Shown: positions 1-9,068, counted from the stretch's first letter. The stretch is 33,461 bases of DNA from an uncultured Nitrospiraceae bacterium (GCA_947085305.1 CAMTVV010000156.1:1-33461); one strand, 5' to 3'. Notes: a model not told the origin generated them from the letters alone. A program made the numbers and translations.

Positions 1-2
1 CC

Positions 3-515
3 ATGGAAATTCTAAAGGCTGTCAAGGAAAGGAGAAGCATCAGAAATTTTCAGAAAAAAGACATCCCCAAGGGCGTTATCGATAAGCTCGTTGATACCTT
101 GCTCTGGGCTCCCAGTGCCGGGAACCTTCAGTCAAGGAAGTTCTATTTCATTCAGGATGCCACACTGAAGAAAGAAATCGTCTCAGCGGCCCTCGGACAG
201 AGTTTCATTGCGGAAGCGCCCCTGGTGATCGTGGCCTGCACGGACAACATGATCTCCGGGAGATACGGCGACAGGGGTGTAAACCTCTACTCCATAGAGG
301 ACGTGGCAGCCAGCATCATGGGGATGATGCTCGTCGCTCATGAAAATGGTCTTGGCACTGTCTGGGTAGGGGCGTTCAGGGAAGACAGAGTGTTCGAGAT
401 CTTGGATCTTCCCCATAATTTGCGGCCTATAGCCATCGTACCGGTGGGATATCCTTCGACAGCGCCCGCCCCTCCCCCAAGAGTGTCAAGGACAAAGGCT
501 ATTGTGTTCAGATAA
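3..515 (+). CDS. Nitroreductase family protein
   Basis: RRSIRNF, APSAGNLQ and GLGTVWVG...VPVGYP motifs. Confidence 0.93.
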   Translation: MEILKAVKERRSIRNFQKKDIPKGVIDKLVDTLLWAPSAGNLQSRKFYFIQDATLKKEIVSAALGQSFIAEAPLVIVACTDNMISGRYGDRGVNLYSIEDVAASIMGMMLVAHENGLGTVWVGAFREDRVFEILDLPHNLRPIAIVPVGYPSTAPAPPPRVSRTKAIVFR

Positions 516-555
516 CAGCAGCTCCATATCCCGAAAGCCACTGTTTTTCATTGTT

Positions 556-642
556 TGTCATTCCGACTTGTTCGGAATCTTTCTTGCTATCATCTTCTTT
601 CAGCAGGCTCGTGAGAACGATTCCCGACAAGCGGGAATGACA
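556..642. repeat. REP-like bipartite palindromic element (GTCA...TGAC type)
   Basis: TGTCATTCCGACTTGTTCGGAATCT (556-580) and inverted partner GATTCCCGACAAGCGGGAATGACA (619-642), each a small hairpin. Confidence 0.75.
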
Positions 643-849
643 TCGAAATTACGAAGTTCGCTTTCGTCCGCAATATCACAAAATGCGAAGCGCCGCAAAG
701 ATGTGGCCATTGATTTTGCGTGATTTTGTCTCTTTGAGAAATCCGTGAAGTCTGATGCTATAGTTTAGACATGAACTCGGAGAACCGGAAAGTCGTATAG
801 TAATCGTTGTGCGTAAATAGCAGCCATAAAAACAAACCATAAAAAATGC

Positions 850-878
850 TTGACATTACAGAATAGACGTGGTAAATT
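850..878 (+). promoter_or_regulatory. Sigma70 promoter of arsR-family gene
   Basis: TTGACA (850-855), 17 nt spacer, TGn-TAAATT (873-878). Confidence 0.75.
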
Positions 879-880
879 GA

Positions 881-906
881 TATTAGTTTATACTAATTAA
901 CTTATA
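881..906. promoter_or_regulatory. Putative ArsR operator 1
   Basis: AGTT-N10-AACT inverted repeat just after the -10; 19/26 identical to the reverse complement of 1272-1297. Confidence 0.6.
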
Positions 907-919
907 AGGAAGATAAGCC

Positions 920-1246
920 GTGAAAGAAGCAGCAGACTTATTTAAAATTCTTTCAGTTGATAAAAGAATAGAGATTATCGAACTGCTAAAGAAAGGATCC
1001 AGGAGCGTTAACGCCTTAGCTGAGGTTTTCGGGGTAACGCAATCAGCAGTATCCCAACACTTGCGGGTACTCAAAGCTGCCGGCCTTGTGAAAGATGAGA
1101 GGCAAGGATACTGGATTTATTATTCTTTGAATAAAGATGCTCTTGAAAAATGTCGTCAAAGGCTTAATCGTATTTGCGCCTGTGGTTGCTTAGGCGGACA
1201 GGTAAGTATGAAAAGAATAAACAAGGAAGTTCCAAAAACAAAATAA
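920..1246 (+). CDS. ArsR/SmtB family repressor with Cys-rich C-terminus
   Basis: FKILS...RIEII, SAVSQHLRVLKAAGLVKDERQG wHTH; tail CRQRLNRICACGC; GTG start with AAGGA RBS. Confidence 0.93.
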   Translation: MKEAADLFKILSVDKRIEIIELLKKGSRSVNALAEVFGVTQSAVSQHLRVLKAAGLVKDERQGYWIYYSLNKDALEKCRQRLNRICACGCLGGQVSMKRINKEVPKTK

Positions 1247-1273
1247 GGGGGGAAAATTTTTTACCCTTCTATA

Positions 1274-1295
1274 TAAGTTAATGAGCAGTAACTTA
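1274..1295. promoter_or_regulatory. Putative ArsR operator 2
   Basis: Perfect TAAGTTA-N8-TAACTTA inverted repeat upstream of the small ORF. Confidence 0.65.
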
Positions 1296-1316
1296 ATCAG
1301 AAAGGAGGTGAGAACA

Positions 1317-1433
1317 ATGACAAAGGACATCAAAGGGATCAAAAAACAGCCTGAAGAAAAAAAGTCCGAAGTTAAGAGCGACTCAAAGTGTTCCTGTGGC
1401 TGCGGTTGCATTCCGCCCATGAAGACGAAGTAG
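1317..1433 (+). CDS. 38-aa Lys/Cys-rich peptide, metallothionein-like (not in ORF track)
   Basis: Strong RBS AAGGAGGTG; translation MTKDIKGIKKQPEEKKSEVKSDSKCSCGCGCIPPMKTK. Confidence 0.8.
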   Translation: MTKDIKGIKKQPEEKKSEVKSDSKCSCGCGCIPPMKTK

Positions 1434-1503
1434 TAAATCTTTTGTGAGGGTGAATTGAAAAAATCAATTCGCCCTCGCTCTTTAAAATCATACGGAGGAC
1501 AAA

Positions 1504-1983
1504 ATGAGAGAGATAATATTAGCGGGATCTTATTGGCTGCATCTCATCGCAACAGTTATATGGATTGGAGGAATTACTTTCATCCTCTTTATTGCAATAC
1601 CGTCAGCAAAGCAAGTTTTAGGTGTAGAGGCTGGCAAGCTGATGGGTGAAATTTCAAAGAGATTCACTCCCATAGCGAACTATAGTATAATTCTCTTGAT
1701 TGTTACTGGGGCGGTATTAACCGCCGTTAATAAGCAGTTTTCAGGACTTGGTAATTTTGGTAACAGTTGGTCTTTGGGTTTAATCGTGAAGCATGTTTTG
1801 GTGTTAGGAATGGTCGCTATCCATTTTTATAGAGGTTTGGTATTAGCTCCCAGGATTGCAAGAACAGAACCTGCTTCCGAGAAAGCATCTTTACAGAAAT
1901 TGTCCCTGAATTTGGTCAAAGTGAATTTTTGTTTGGGACTGCTTGTGTTACTATTCAGCGGAATTATATCTATCCTAAATTAA
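1504..1983 (+). CDS. CopD/DUF4149-like 4-TM membrane protein
   Basis: HLIATVIWIGG motif, four hydrophobic segments, GGAGG RBS. Confidence 0.8.
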   Translation: MREIILAGSYWLHLIATVIWIGGITFILFIAIPSAKQVLGVEAGKLMGEISKRFTPIANYSIILLIVTGAVLTAVNKQFSGLGNFGNSWSLGLIVKHVLVLGMVAIHFYRGLVLAPRIARTEPASEKASLQKLSLNLVKVNFCLGLLVLLFSGIISILN

Positions 1984-2001
1984 GAAAAATGGAAGCCTTC
2001 A

Positions 2002-2024
2002 GGGCGGGGGCACCCCGCCCCTAC
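2002..2024 (-). repeat. GTAG-family REP
   Basis: Minus strand GTAG followed by hairpin GGGCGGGG-TGC-CCCCGCCC. Confidence 0.75.
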
Positions 2025-2027
2025 AAA

Positions 2028-2362
2028 TATGCCCTCTGCTGACTTCTGTCTGCTCACCCGGTATGTCTCCATACAGGGCGCTACAGGGCTCATCATGAGG
2101 CGGTGTTTGTTTCGTGTTTCCCTTTGGGACTCATATCCGGTAACAGCTATCGGATATGCCGGGTTCTTGGTCAACCGGGTGGACTCTTTCCGGCCCTCTC
2201 TCGTGACTGTCCTGTCGCACGGCAAACAGATCTCCCCGGATTCGGTCACCCTTCCGCCCTTGCCTTCGGCTCGTACTTTTGGTAGTCTCCATTACTATGA
2301 ACACCTCCGGGTTCTCGTACAGGGGACTTTCACCCCATAAGCTCACGCCCGTGCCGGGCTAC
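2028..2362 (-). mobile_element. Group IIC(-attC) intron 5' remnant (domains I-III, no RT ORF)
   Basis: Minus strand starts GTAGCCCGGCACGGGCGTGAGCTTATGGGGTGAAAGTCCCC, contains CCGGGGAGATCTG and CAGAAGTCAGCAGAGGGCATA; follows TTGT of an attC bottom strand. Confidence 0.8.
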
Positions 2363-2415
2363 ACAATTCAATACAGCGGATGCGGTAAACCGCCCCCCTG
2401 ATTTTACTGTTATCT
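2363..2415 (+). other. Integron attC site interrupted at R'' by the intron
   Basis: ACAATTC-AAT(A)CAGCGG...CTGATT-TTACT-GTTATCT: L''/L' pairing with an extrahelical base, and a GTT core. Confidence 0.7.
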
Positions 2416-2444
2416 GGGAAGATACAAGAAAACTGCTGACTGAT

Positions 2445-2461
2445 ATGCATCGATAATGCAT
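2445..2461. promoter_or_regulatory. Putative TA autoregulation operator
   Basis: ATGCAT-N5-ATGCAT palindrome near TATAAT upstream of vapB. Confidence 0.45.
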
Positions 2462-2502
2462 ACTAAAGCATATAATATCGCATACACATGAGGTCAAGGC
2501 AT

Positions 2503-2678
2503 ATGAGAACAACATTAAACATCGAAGACGAGTTGCTTGAAAGGGCAACGAGGTTGACCGGCATTAAGGACAAGACTTCCCTTGTCAAGTTAGGCCTGGA
2601 GGCATTGATTGCGAGGGAAAGCAGTAAAAGGCTTGCCAAATACTGAAAACAATACCTCGCAGGAAAACAGCAAGCTAA
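2503..2678 (+). pseudogene. vapB: VapB-family antitoxin, frameshifted near C-terminus
   Basis: MRTTLNIEDELLERATRLTGIKDKTSLVKLGLEALIARESSKRLAKY stops at 2646; typical tail LKTIPRRKTAS continues in another frame to 2678. Confidence 0.8.
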
Positions 2679-2682
2679 AAGG

Positions 2683-2797
2683 ATGGTACTCGTTGACACT
2701 TCAGTATGGGTATCACACCTGCAGGCGGGAAACACTGAACTTGAAAATCTCTTGAATGATGGAGACGTCGCTTGTCATTTTTTTTCATCGGAGAGCT
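2683..2797 (+). pseudogene. vapC: VapC PIN toxin, N-terminal fragment
   Basis: MVLVDTSVWVSHL...VACH, then frameshift in a T run; IGEL in a shifted frame; truncated against the rluD 3' end. Confidence 0.8.
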
Positions 2798-2799
2798 CC

Positions 2800-3735
2800 T
2801 TACAGGGCAGATTTTAGCTCCTTGAGGACATCTCTCATGTCCTCGGGCAATGGACTGGAAAACTCCATATATTCGCCGGAAGCAGGATGGGTAAATCCCA
2901 GCATCTCGGCATGGAGCATCTGCCGTGGAAGGGAGACCTTTTTCTTTCTTATGTCCAGTTCGGTTTTTCTGCCGTAGGTCTTGTCCCCGAGCACAGGATG
3001 CCCGAGGGAAGAGAGGTGCACCCTGATCTGATGCGTCCTTCCCGTGCCCAGGTGCGCCTCCAGCAGCGTGGCAATGCCGAACCGTTCAAGGACTTTCCAT
3101 CTCGTCACCGCTTCTTTCCCCCTTCTCACCCTTGTGGACATCTTCTTCCTGTCCGACTCTGAGCGGCCTATGGGAAGGGCAATTTCACCTGCATCTCCCC
3201 TGATGTTCCCGTGGACCAGAGTAACGTACCTTCTTTTTATTGTCCGGCGCCTGAACTGTTCCACAAGATCATAGTATGCGCTGTCGGCTGCGGCAATGAC
3301 CATAACCCCGGAGGTATCTTTATCCAGTCTATGCACTACCCCCGGTCTCAGGGGGCCGCCCACAGAGGCAAGCCTTCCGCAATGGTGCGCCAGGGCGTTC
3401 ATGAGCGTACCATGTCCATGGCCCGCAGCAGGATACACCACCATGCCCGGAGGTTTGTTCACCACCACGATATATTCATCCTGATAAAGTATTTCGACTG
3501 GTATCGGCTCCGGGGTAAGCTCACCGGTTTTCTCAGCGGGAACCTGGACGATAATGCGGTCAGATGGCTTCACCCGGTAATTCCGGCTCACCGGGATGCC
3601 GTTCACCAGCACATCACCTTTATCCATGAGTTTCTGTATCTGCGACCGTGTTATGCCGGTCTTCCCGGTAAGAAATATGTCAATCCTCTGTCCGGCTTCA
3701 GATACCGTTACAGCGATGCTTTCACGAGTATTCAT
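2800..3735 (-). CDS. rluD: RluA-family 23S rRNA pseudouridine synthase
   Basis: S4 domain, NKPPGMVVYP, HRLDKDTSG, TGRTHQIRVH. Confidence 0.93.
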   Translation of the reverse strand: MNTRESIAVTVSEAGQRIDIFLTGKTGITRSQIQKLMDKGDVLVNGIPVSRNYRVKPSDRIIVQVPAEKTGELTPEPIPVEILYQDEYIVVVNKPPGMVVYPAAGHGHGTLMNALAHHCGRLASVGGPLRPGVVHRLDKDTSGVMVIAAADSAYYDLVEQFRRRTIKRRYVTLVHGNIRGDAGEIALPIGRSESDRKKMSTRVRRGKEAVTRWKVLERFGIATLLEAHLGTGRTHQIRVHLSSLGHPVLGDKTYGRKTELDIRKKKVSLPRQMLHAEMLGFTHPASGEYMEFSSPLPEDMRDVLKELKSAL

Positions 3736-3895
3736 AGCATTAACGATAGTTGTTCTTTTGTCTCCCGTTCATTTTTGGGCAAAGAGGAAAACACTATGTA
3801 TGCCAAATCCATTATACCCTAATGCTGCTTCATTATTGCCTTCTGCCCGTCAAAAAGCTTTTGTGCAAACATGAGATTATGCTAAAATTGTTAAG

Positions 3896-4416
3896 ATGAC
3901 GCCGGTATTACCATACGTATCCTCTCCTCGGCGACTACGGCCCTTTCTCGAGAATGGGTAAGAGCATCGGTTACCAGATTACCATAGGCCGGTCCAGTTT
4001 CCTCATTGACTGCGGCGCCCCCTTTTTCCAGCAGATCGGCGGCCACGGACTGAAGGATATCAGGGGCCTCATAGTCACCCATTGCCACGACGACCATAAA
4101 AGGCGGATGCTCTTTAAAGACCCTCATTACGGCGAGTGGATAGAGCCTGAGAGCTTTTATCCCTTTTCCTCCACCATATTCTATGAAGAAAACAGGAATA
4201 CATTCGTCGCTGAGGAAGAGTTCACCATTGATGCTATCAAGGCCCCAGTATGGCATGGTATTACAGGAAGGGGAACAACTTTTTTGAAGTGGTAGGGGAC
4301 AGGCTTTATCCTATGAATGCAGACATATACCATAAGAAAACGGGGAGATATTATGTCGGTTACAGAAATGAGAAGGGCAAATACGCCGTGCACGAAATTG
4401 ATGCAACCTTCAAAAT
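3896..4416 (+). pseudogene. MBL-fold metallo-hydrolase remnant
   Basis: LIDCGAP and THCHDDH motifs; TCCTC duplication at 3920-3929 breaks IRILGDYGPFS; apparent internal deletions and a frame change near 4260. Confidence 0.7.
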
Positions 4417-4542
4417 AATCAGTGATGCGAAATGCTGGAAATGTTGCAGGCGCCTTTGAAACCTGATATAATGCTGGTGACAAAATAGATCTCTCGCCAT
4501 TGTCAAATCAAAGCTTTTGGGATGCCGGAGGGAGGCTTACCT

Positions 4543-4971
4543 ATGAAAATTCTTGTTGCCGGCAGGATGGAACGGTGCATCGGCTGCCACTCCTGTTCCC
4601 TGGCGTGTGCGCGACTCGTGCATAAAAGGCTTTCCTGGGATGCCGCAGGCATCCGCATCATCTCCTCAGGGGGATTATCCAGCGGGTTCGAGGCCAAGAC
4701 GTGCCTTGCGTGCGACCCTGCCCCCTGCGCGCAGGCTTGCCCCACCGAAGCCTATTCCCAGCGCCGCGGGGGAGGAGTAATAGCGAAAATGAAACTCTGC
4801 ATCCGCTGCAGGCAATGTGCAGCAGCCTGCCCTGTGGATGCGATCTACCTAGATGCCTCGGGGGAGCCTTACGTCTGTATTCATTGCGGCCAATGCGTGC
4901 CGTTCTGTCCCCACCAATGCCTCGAGATGATCGATGCCGCCGGCGTGCATCAGACGGGAGTTTCCGGGTGA
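4543..4971 (+). CDS. 4Fe-4S dicluster protein, small subunit of adjacent oxidoreductase
   Basis: CIGCHSCSLAC, CLACDPAPCAQACP, CIRCRQCAAACP, CIHCGQCVPFCP; GGAGG RBS before ATG 4543. Confidence 0.92.
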   Translation: MKILVAGRMERCIGCHSCSLACARLVHKRLSWDAAGIRIISSGGLSSGFEAKTCLACDPAPCAQACPTEAYSQRRGGGVIAKMKLCIRCRQCAAACPVDAIYLDASGEPYVCIHCGQCVPFCPHQCLEMIDAAGVHQTGVSG

Positions 4972-6716
4972 TCAGAGATTATTTCAGAGTGCTGGTGGTT
5001 GATCTCGCATTTGGAAAAGGGAGCGTGGTTGACCTCGGAGGCAGGGATACCGTGGCAGGGGGAAGCGGTCTGGCCGCTGAACTGTTCAGCAAGTACGGCA
5101 AACCTGACAGACCGTGGAACGATCCTGAACAGCCGCTGATATTTACCATCGGGCCCCTCACCGGATACTTCCCCCTCATGAGCAAGACCGTCTGCGCCTT
5201 CAAGTCACCCTATCACGACCAGTACGCGGAAAGCCACGCCGGCGGCCGCTCCGCGCTGTGCCTGCGCTTTGCCGACCTTGACGCCCTCGTTATCACCGGG
5301 AAGGCCGGCCAGGCCTCATGCCTCTCCATAGGCTCACACCACCTCGAACTCAAAAACGTAAAGCACCTCTGGGGCGCTGACGTATATGCCACCGGCAAGA
5401 TGCTCCGCCGCACCGAGAAAGGATCAGGCCACCGGAGCATCCTCCGCATCGGGCCGGCGGGCGAGAGTGGTTCTGCAATGGCCTGCATAAATGTGGACTC
5501 CTACCGTCATTTCGGAAGGCTCGGCGGGGGCAGCGTCATGGGCGCCAAGAACCTGAAGGCTATTGTAATACAAGGTGACGGGGTCTTCCCCCTTGTGGAA
5601 AGCAAGGAGTACCAGGATCTTTTCGGGGAAGTGTACAAGCGGCTTACCGGCACCGACATGATGAGCAAGTACCATAACCTCGGCACGCCCGTTAACATGG
5701 CGGTGCTGAACGAGATTAAGGCCCTTCCCGTCAGGAACCTCCAGAAGACGAGCGACCCCGCCGTCGAGGGCATCACCGGCGAGAGGTTCGCCAGGGACGC
5801 ACTGCTTCGTAACGCCGCATGCTCCGGGTGTCCCATCGGATGCATACACCTCGGGTTTGTGCGTGAAAAGTTTATGGAGGAGAACCGGTATCTGTACCGG
5901 CAGGTGTCCTACGACCATGAACCGATCTTTGCGACGGGCTCCATGCTGGGCGTCAATGACTGCTTCGCGGTGCTCTCGATCCTCGACGTGGTGGAGAAGA
6001 TGGGCCTTGACGCAATGTCCGGCGGCGTGGCGCTGGCCTGGGCCACTGAGGCCTTGGAGAAAGGCATTATCTCTGAGAAGGAGACCATCGTCCCCGTGAA
6101 GTTCGGCGATGCCGGATCATACAAGGAGGCTATCCGTCATCTTGCGCTTGGAACCAACGATTTTTACCGGCTGCTGGGCCAGGGTACCATGAAGGCTGTC
6201 GAGCGTTACGGCGGCGGAGAGTTCGCATGCGTCCTCGGCCAGGAGATGGCAGGGTATGCCACAGGAGAGGTATTCTTTGTCTCCCAGGCCCTGGGGTTCC
6301 GCCATTCCCACCTGGATGCCGCTGGGTATTCCTACGATCAGAAGCACAAGGGCAAGGACGTGGCAAGCGCTGCGGATTTTCTCGTGAAAGATGAACAGGG
6401 ACGCGCATTCCTCACCTCCATGGTCGCATGCCTCTTTGCCCGGAGCGTCTACGCCGATGAACTCCTGGCAGAATGCCTGGGCTCCGTGGGTTACGGGACT
6501 CTTGCTGAAAATATGGAGGCCATATCGCGCCACATCCAGAAACTGAGATGGAAAACCCGCGTTGATACGGGCTTCAATCCCGAGGGTGTACGTATCCCGA
6601 AGCGTTTCACCGAGGTGGTCACGGAAAGCGGGGCCGTGGATGAGATGTATCTCGAGACGCTGAGGAAGGAGTATGCTCGCCGTATCGGGGAACTTGCCAG
6701 GCACACGCATTCATAG
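4968..6716 (+). CDS. Tungsten/molybdopterin aldehyde:ferredoxin oxidoreductase (WOR family, GOR/XOR-like), 582 aa
   Basis: KSPY, SHAGGR, IGPAGE, GRLGGGSVMGAKNLKAI, CSGCPIGC, GLDAMSGG; GTGA overlap with upstream stop. Confidence 0.9.
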   Translation: MIRDYFRVLVVDLAFGKGSVVDLGGRDTVAGGSGLAAELFSKYGKPDRPWNDPEQPLIFTIGPLTGYFPLMSKTVCAFKSPYHDQYAESHAGGRSALCLRFADLDALVITGKAGQASCLSIGSHHLELKNVKHLWGADVYATGKMLRRTEKGSGHRSILRIGPAGESGSAMACINVDSYRHFGRLGGGSVMGAKNLKAIVIQGDGVFPLVESKEYQDLFGEVYKRLTGTDMMSKYHNLGTPVNMAVLNEIKALPVRNLQKTSDPAVEGITGERFARDALLRNAACSGCPIGCIHLGFVREKFMEENRYLYRQVSYDHEPIFATGSMLGVNDCFAVLSILDVVEKMGLDAMSGGVALAWATEALEKGIISEKETIVPVKFGDAGSYKEAIRHLALGTNDFYRLLGQGTMKAVERYGGGEFACVLGQEMAGYATGEVFFVSQALGFRHSHLDAAGYSYDQKHKGKDVASAADFLVKDEQGRAFLTSMVACLFARSVYADELLAECLGSVGYGTLAENMEAISRHIQKLRWKTRVDTGFNPEGVRIPKRFTEVVTESGAVDEMYLETLRKEYARRIGELARHTHS

Positions 6717-6830
6717 CTGAACAGGCTCATTGCCGTTCAGGACCTCTACCTGTGCAGGGAGATCACTATTGACTGAGACGAAAGGCGATAAGTTCAATGG
6801 CGGAAAAATCATAAATAAGGAGTGAAAACA

Positions 6831-7580
6831 ATGCATAAGCTGGTTTTGCTGAGACACGGAGAGAGCATCTGGAACAGGGAAAACCTCTTCACAGGATGGA
6901 CCGATGTGGACCTTTCCGAAAGAGGAGTGGAGGAGGCAAAGGAAGCGGGCCGCGTTCTCAGAGAACAGGGCTATACGTTCGACATCGCCTTCACGTCTGT
7001 ATTGAAGAGGGCCATCCGGACGCTGTGGATCGTGTTGGATAATATGGACCTCATGTGGATCCCCGTGATCCGCGACTGGAGGCTGAACGAACGGCATTAC
7101 GGCGCTCTCCAGGGGCTGAGCAAAGCAGAGACAGCCGAAAAATATGGTGAACAGCAGGTAAAGATCTGGCGGCGCAGTTACGACGTCAGGCCGCCGGCGC
7201 TGGACGAAACAGACCCGCGGAACCCGTCAAAAGACAGGCGGTACAAAGACCTGCGAACGGAACAGATACCTCTCGCCGAGTGTCTGAAAGACACGGTGGA
7301 GCGCTTCCTCCCCTGCTGGAATGATATAATCTCACCTGCAGTGCGTTCCGGGAAGCGGGCGCTCATCGTGGCCCACGGCAACAGCCTCCGGGCCCTCGTG
7401 AAATATCTTGACGGGATTCCGGACGACGCCATCACAGAACTGAATATCCCCACAGGGATGCCGCTCATCTACGAACTTGACGACGCCATGAGACCGGTAC
7501 GAAACTTTTATCTGGGGGACCCGGAAAAGGTCAGAAAGGCCATGGAGTCAGTGGCAAGCCAGGGCAAGGCAAAAAAGTAG
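6831..7580 (+). CDS. gpmA: 2,3-BPG-dependent phosphoglycerate mutase
   Basis: [26 protein letters not shown]; AAGGAG RBS. Confidence 0.96.
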   Translation: MHKLVLLRHGESIWNRENLFTGWTDVDLSERGVEEAKEAGRVLREQGYTFDIAFTSVLKRAIRTLWIVLDNMDLMWIPVIRDWRLNERHYGALQGLSKAETAEKYGEQQVKIWRRSYDVRPPALDETDPRNPSKDRRYKDLRTEQIPLAECLKDTVERFLPCWNDIISPAVRSGKRALIVAHGNSLRALVKYLDGIPDDAITELNIPTGMPLIYELDDAMRPVRNFYLGDPEKVRKAMESVASQGKAKK

Positions 7581-7593
7581 AGAGGGAAATATC

Positions 7594-9024
7594 ATGACAC
7601 TGGCGGCGAACAAGACCAAGATCATCTGCACCATCGGGCCGTCCTCTGATTCTCCGGAGGTCCTGGGAGAGATGATGCTCGCAGGCATGAACGTGGCGCG
7701 GCTTAATTTTTCCCATGGCGACTTCGAGGAGCACAGAAGGGTTATCGGCAACATCCGTGCTTCTGCCGCCGGGGTCGGCAAACGCGTTGCAATCCTGGCC
7801 GATCTGCCTGGCCCGAAGATCCGCATAGGCCGGTTTGCCCGGGAGCCGGTGGAGCTGAAACCAGGCTCTCCTTTCACCCTGACCACCGACGACATAGTCG
7901 GCGACAGCGGGCGCGTCTCGGTCACCTTCAACAGACTGCCCCTGGCAGTAAGTCCCGGGGATACCCTGTTCCTCAACGATGGACTCATTCAACTTGTGGT
8001 GGAGAATGTAAAAGGCAATGACATACAGTGCCGCGTGCTCGCGGGCGGCGAGCTCCGGTCCCGCAAGGGACTTAATATGCCCGGCATCGACCTCGGCATC
8101 AGCGCCTTCACGTCGCGTGACCGGGAGTGCATGCAGTTTGCCCTTGAACAGGGAGTCGATGCCCTCAGCCAGTCCTTTGTGGAGAGCGCCGCAGACATTG
8201 CTTCTGTCCGCAATGCGGCCGCGGCCCTCGGCTACAACCCCTTTGTCATCGCCAAGATCGAGCGTTCAAGGGCGCTGGAGCGCATTGAAGAGATTATGGA
8301 GGCGGCAGACGGCATCATGGTCGCCCGGGGAGACCTTGGAGTGGAAATACCCATTGAAACGATCGCCGTGGTCCAGAAGCGGCTGGTGCGTCAGGCGAAC
8401 CTGCGCGGCAAGCCGGTGATCACCGCAACCCAGATGCTGGAATCCATGACAGAGAACAGGCGGCCTACCCGGGCAGAGGCCACTGATGTCGCCAATGCCA
8501 TCCTCGACGGCACTGACTGCGTCATGCTTTCCGGAGAGTCGGCCATGGGAAAATATCCGGTCGAGGCAGTTGCAGTGCTGGCAAGGATCGCAGCAGCCAC
8601 CGAATCCCACCGTCCCGGCTGCCCCATAAAAGAGAACGTATTGGAGCAGGTCCCCGGAAAAAACATCAGCCTCATGGACCTTATCTCCCTGAGCGTCGAG
8701 ACAGTGTTTGAGCACGCCACCCCTGCGGCAGTGTTCGTCCCAACCAGAAGCGGCGCCACTGCCAGGAGCATCGCGAGGTTCAGGCTTCCTGTCTGGATTG
8801 CCGCGGTCAGCTCACAGGAGACAACCTGCCAGAGGCTCCAGTTCACCTATGGGGTATCCCCTGTTCATGAGCCGGTACATCCAGAGGACTGGCGTCAGTA
8901 CGTCCGGAATTGGCTCAGGTCCCACAACCTGGGCGGCAACATCGTCGTGCTGACAGAAGGACCTTCATCGAGGCATCCTGAGGCAAACCACCGCGTAGAG
9001 ATCATCGACCTTGACCGGACATAA
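7594..9024 (+). CDS. pyk: Pyruvate kinase
   Basis: TKIICTIGP, ARLNFSHG, AKIE, MVARGDLGVE, ATQMLESM, MLSGESA. Confidence 0.97.
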   Translation: MTLAANKTKIICTIGPSSDSPEVLGEMMLAGMNVARLNFSHGDFEEHRRVIGNIRASAAGVGKRVAILADLPGPKIRIGRFAREPVELKPGSPFTLTTDDIVGDSGRVSVTFNRLPLAVSPGDTLFLNDGLIQLVVENVKGNDIQCRVLAGGELRSRKGLNMPGIDLGISAFTSRDRECMQFALEQGVDALSQSFVESAADIASVRNAAAALGYNPFVIAKIERSRALERIEEIMEAADGIMVARGDLGVEIPIETIAVVQKRLVRQANLRGKPVITATQMLESMTENRRPTRAEATDVANAILDGTDCVMLSGESAMGKYPVEAVAVLARIAAATESHRPGCPIKENVLEQVPGKNISLMDLISLSVETVFEHATPAAVFVPTRSGATARSIARFRLPVWIAAVSSQETTCQRLQFTYGVSPVHEPVHPEDWRQYVRNWLRSHNLGGNIVVLTEGPSSRHPEANHRVEIIDLDRT

Positions 9025-9026
9025 AG

Positions 9027-9068
9027 CTTGCGCTCAAATAAGCAAGTCCACTGAGTAAACCGTTATCA
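9027..9068 (+). other. attC-like right-arm remnant
   Basis: Short stem CTTGC...GCAAG, then ACTGAGT-AAACC-GTTATCA (L', 5 bp spacer, R'); no left arm. Confidence 0.4.

Noticed and set aside
1980-2346. Several overlapping 60-103 aa ORFs
   Set aside because: They lie in the intron remnant and show no protein motifs
4701-4967. Long N-terminal extension of the oxidoreductase in the ORF track
   Set aside because: Overlaps the FeS gene in another frame; GTG 4968 with a GTGA overlap is more plausible
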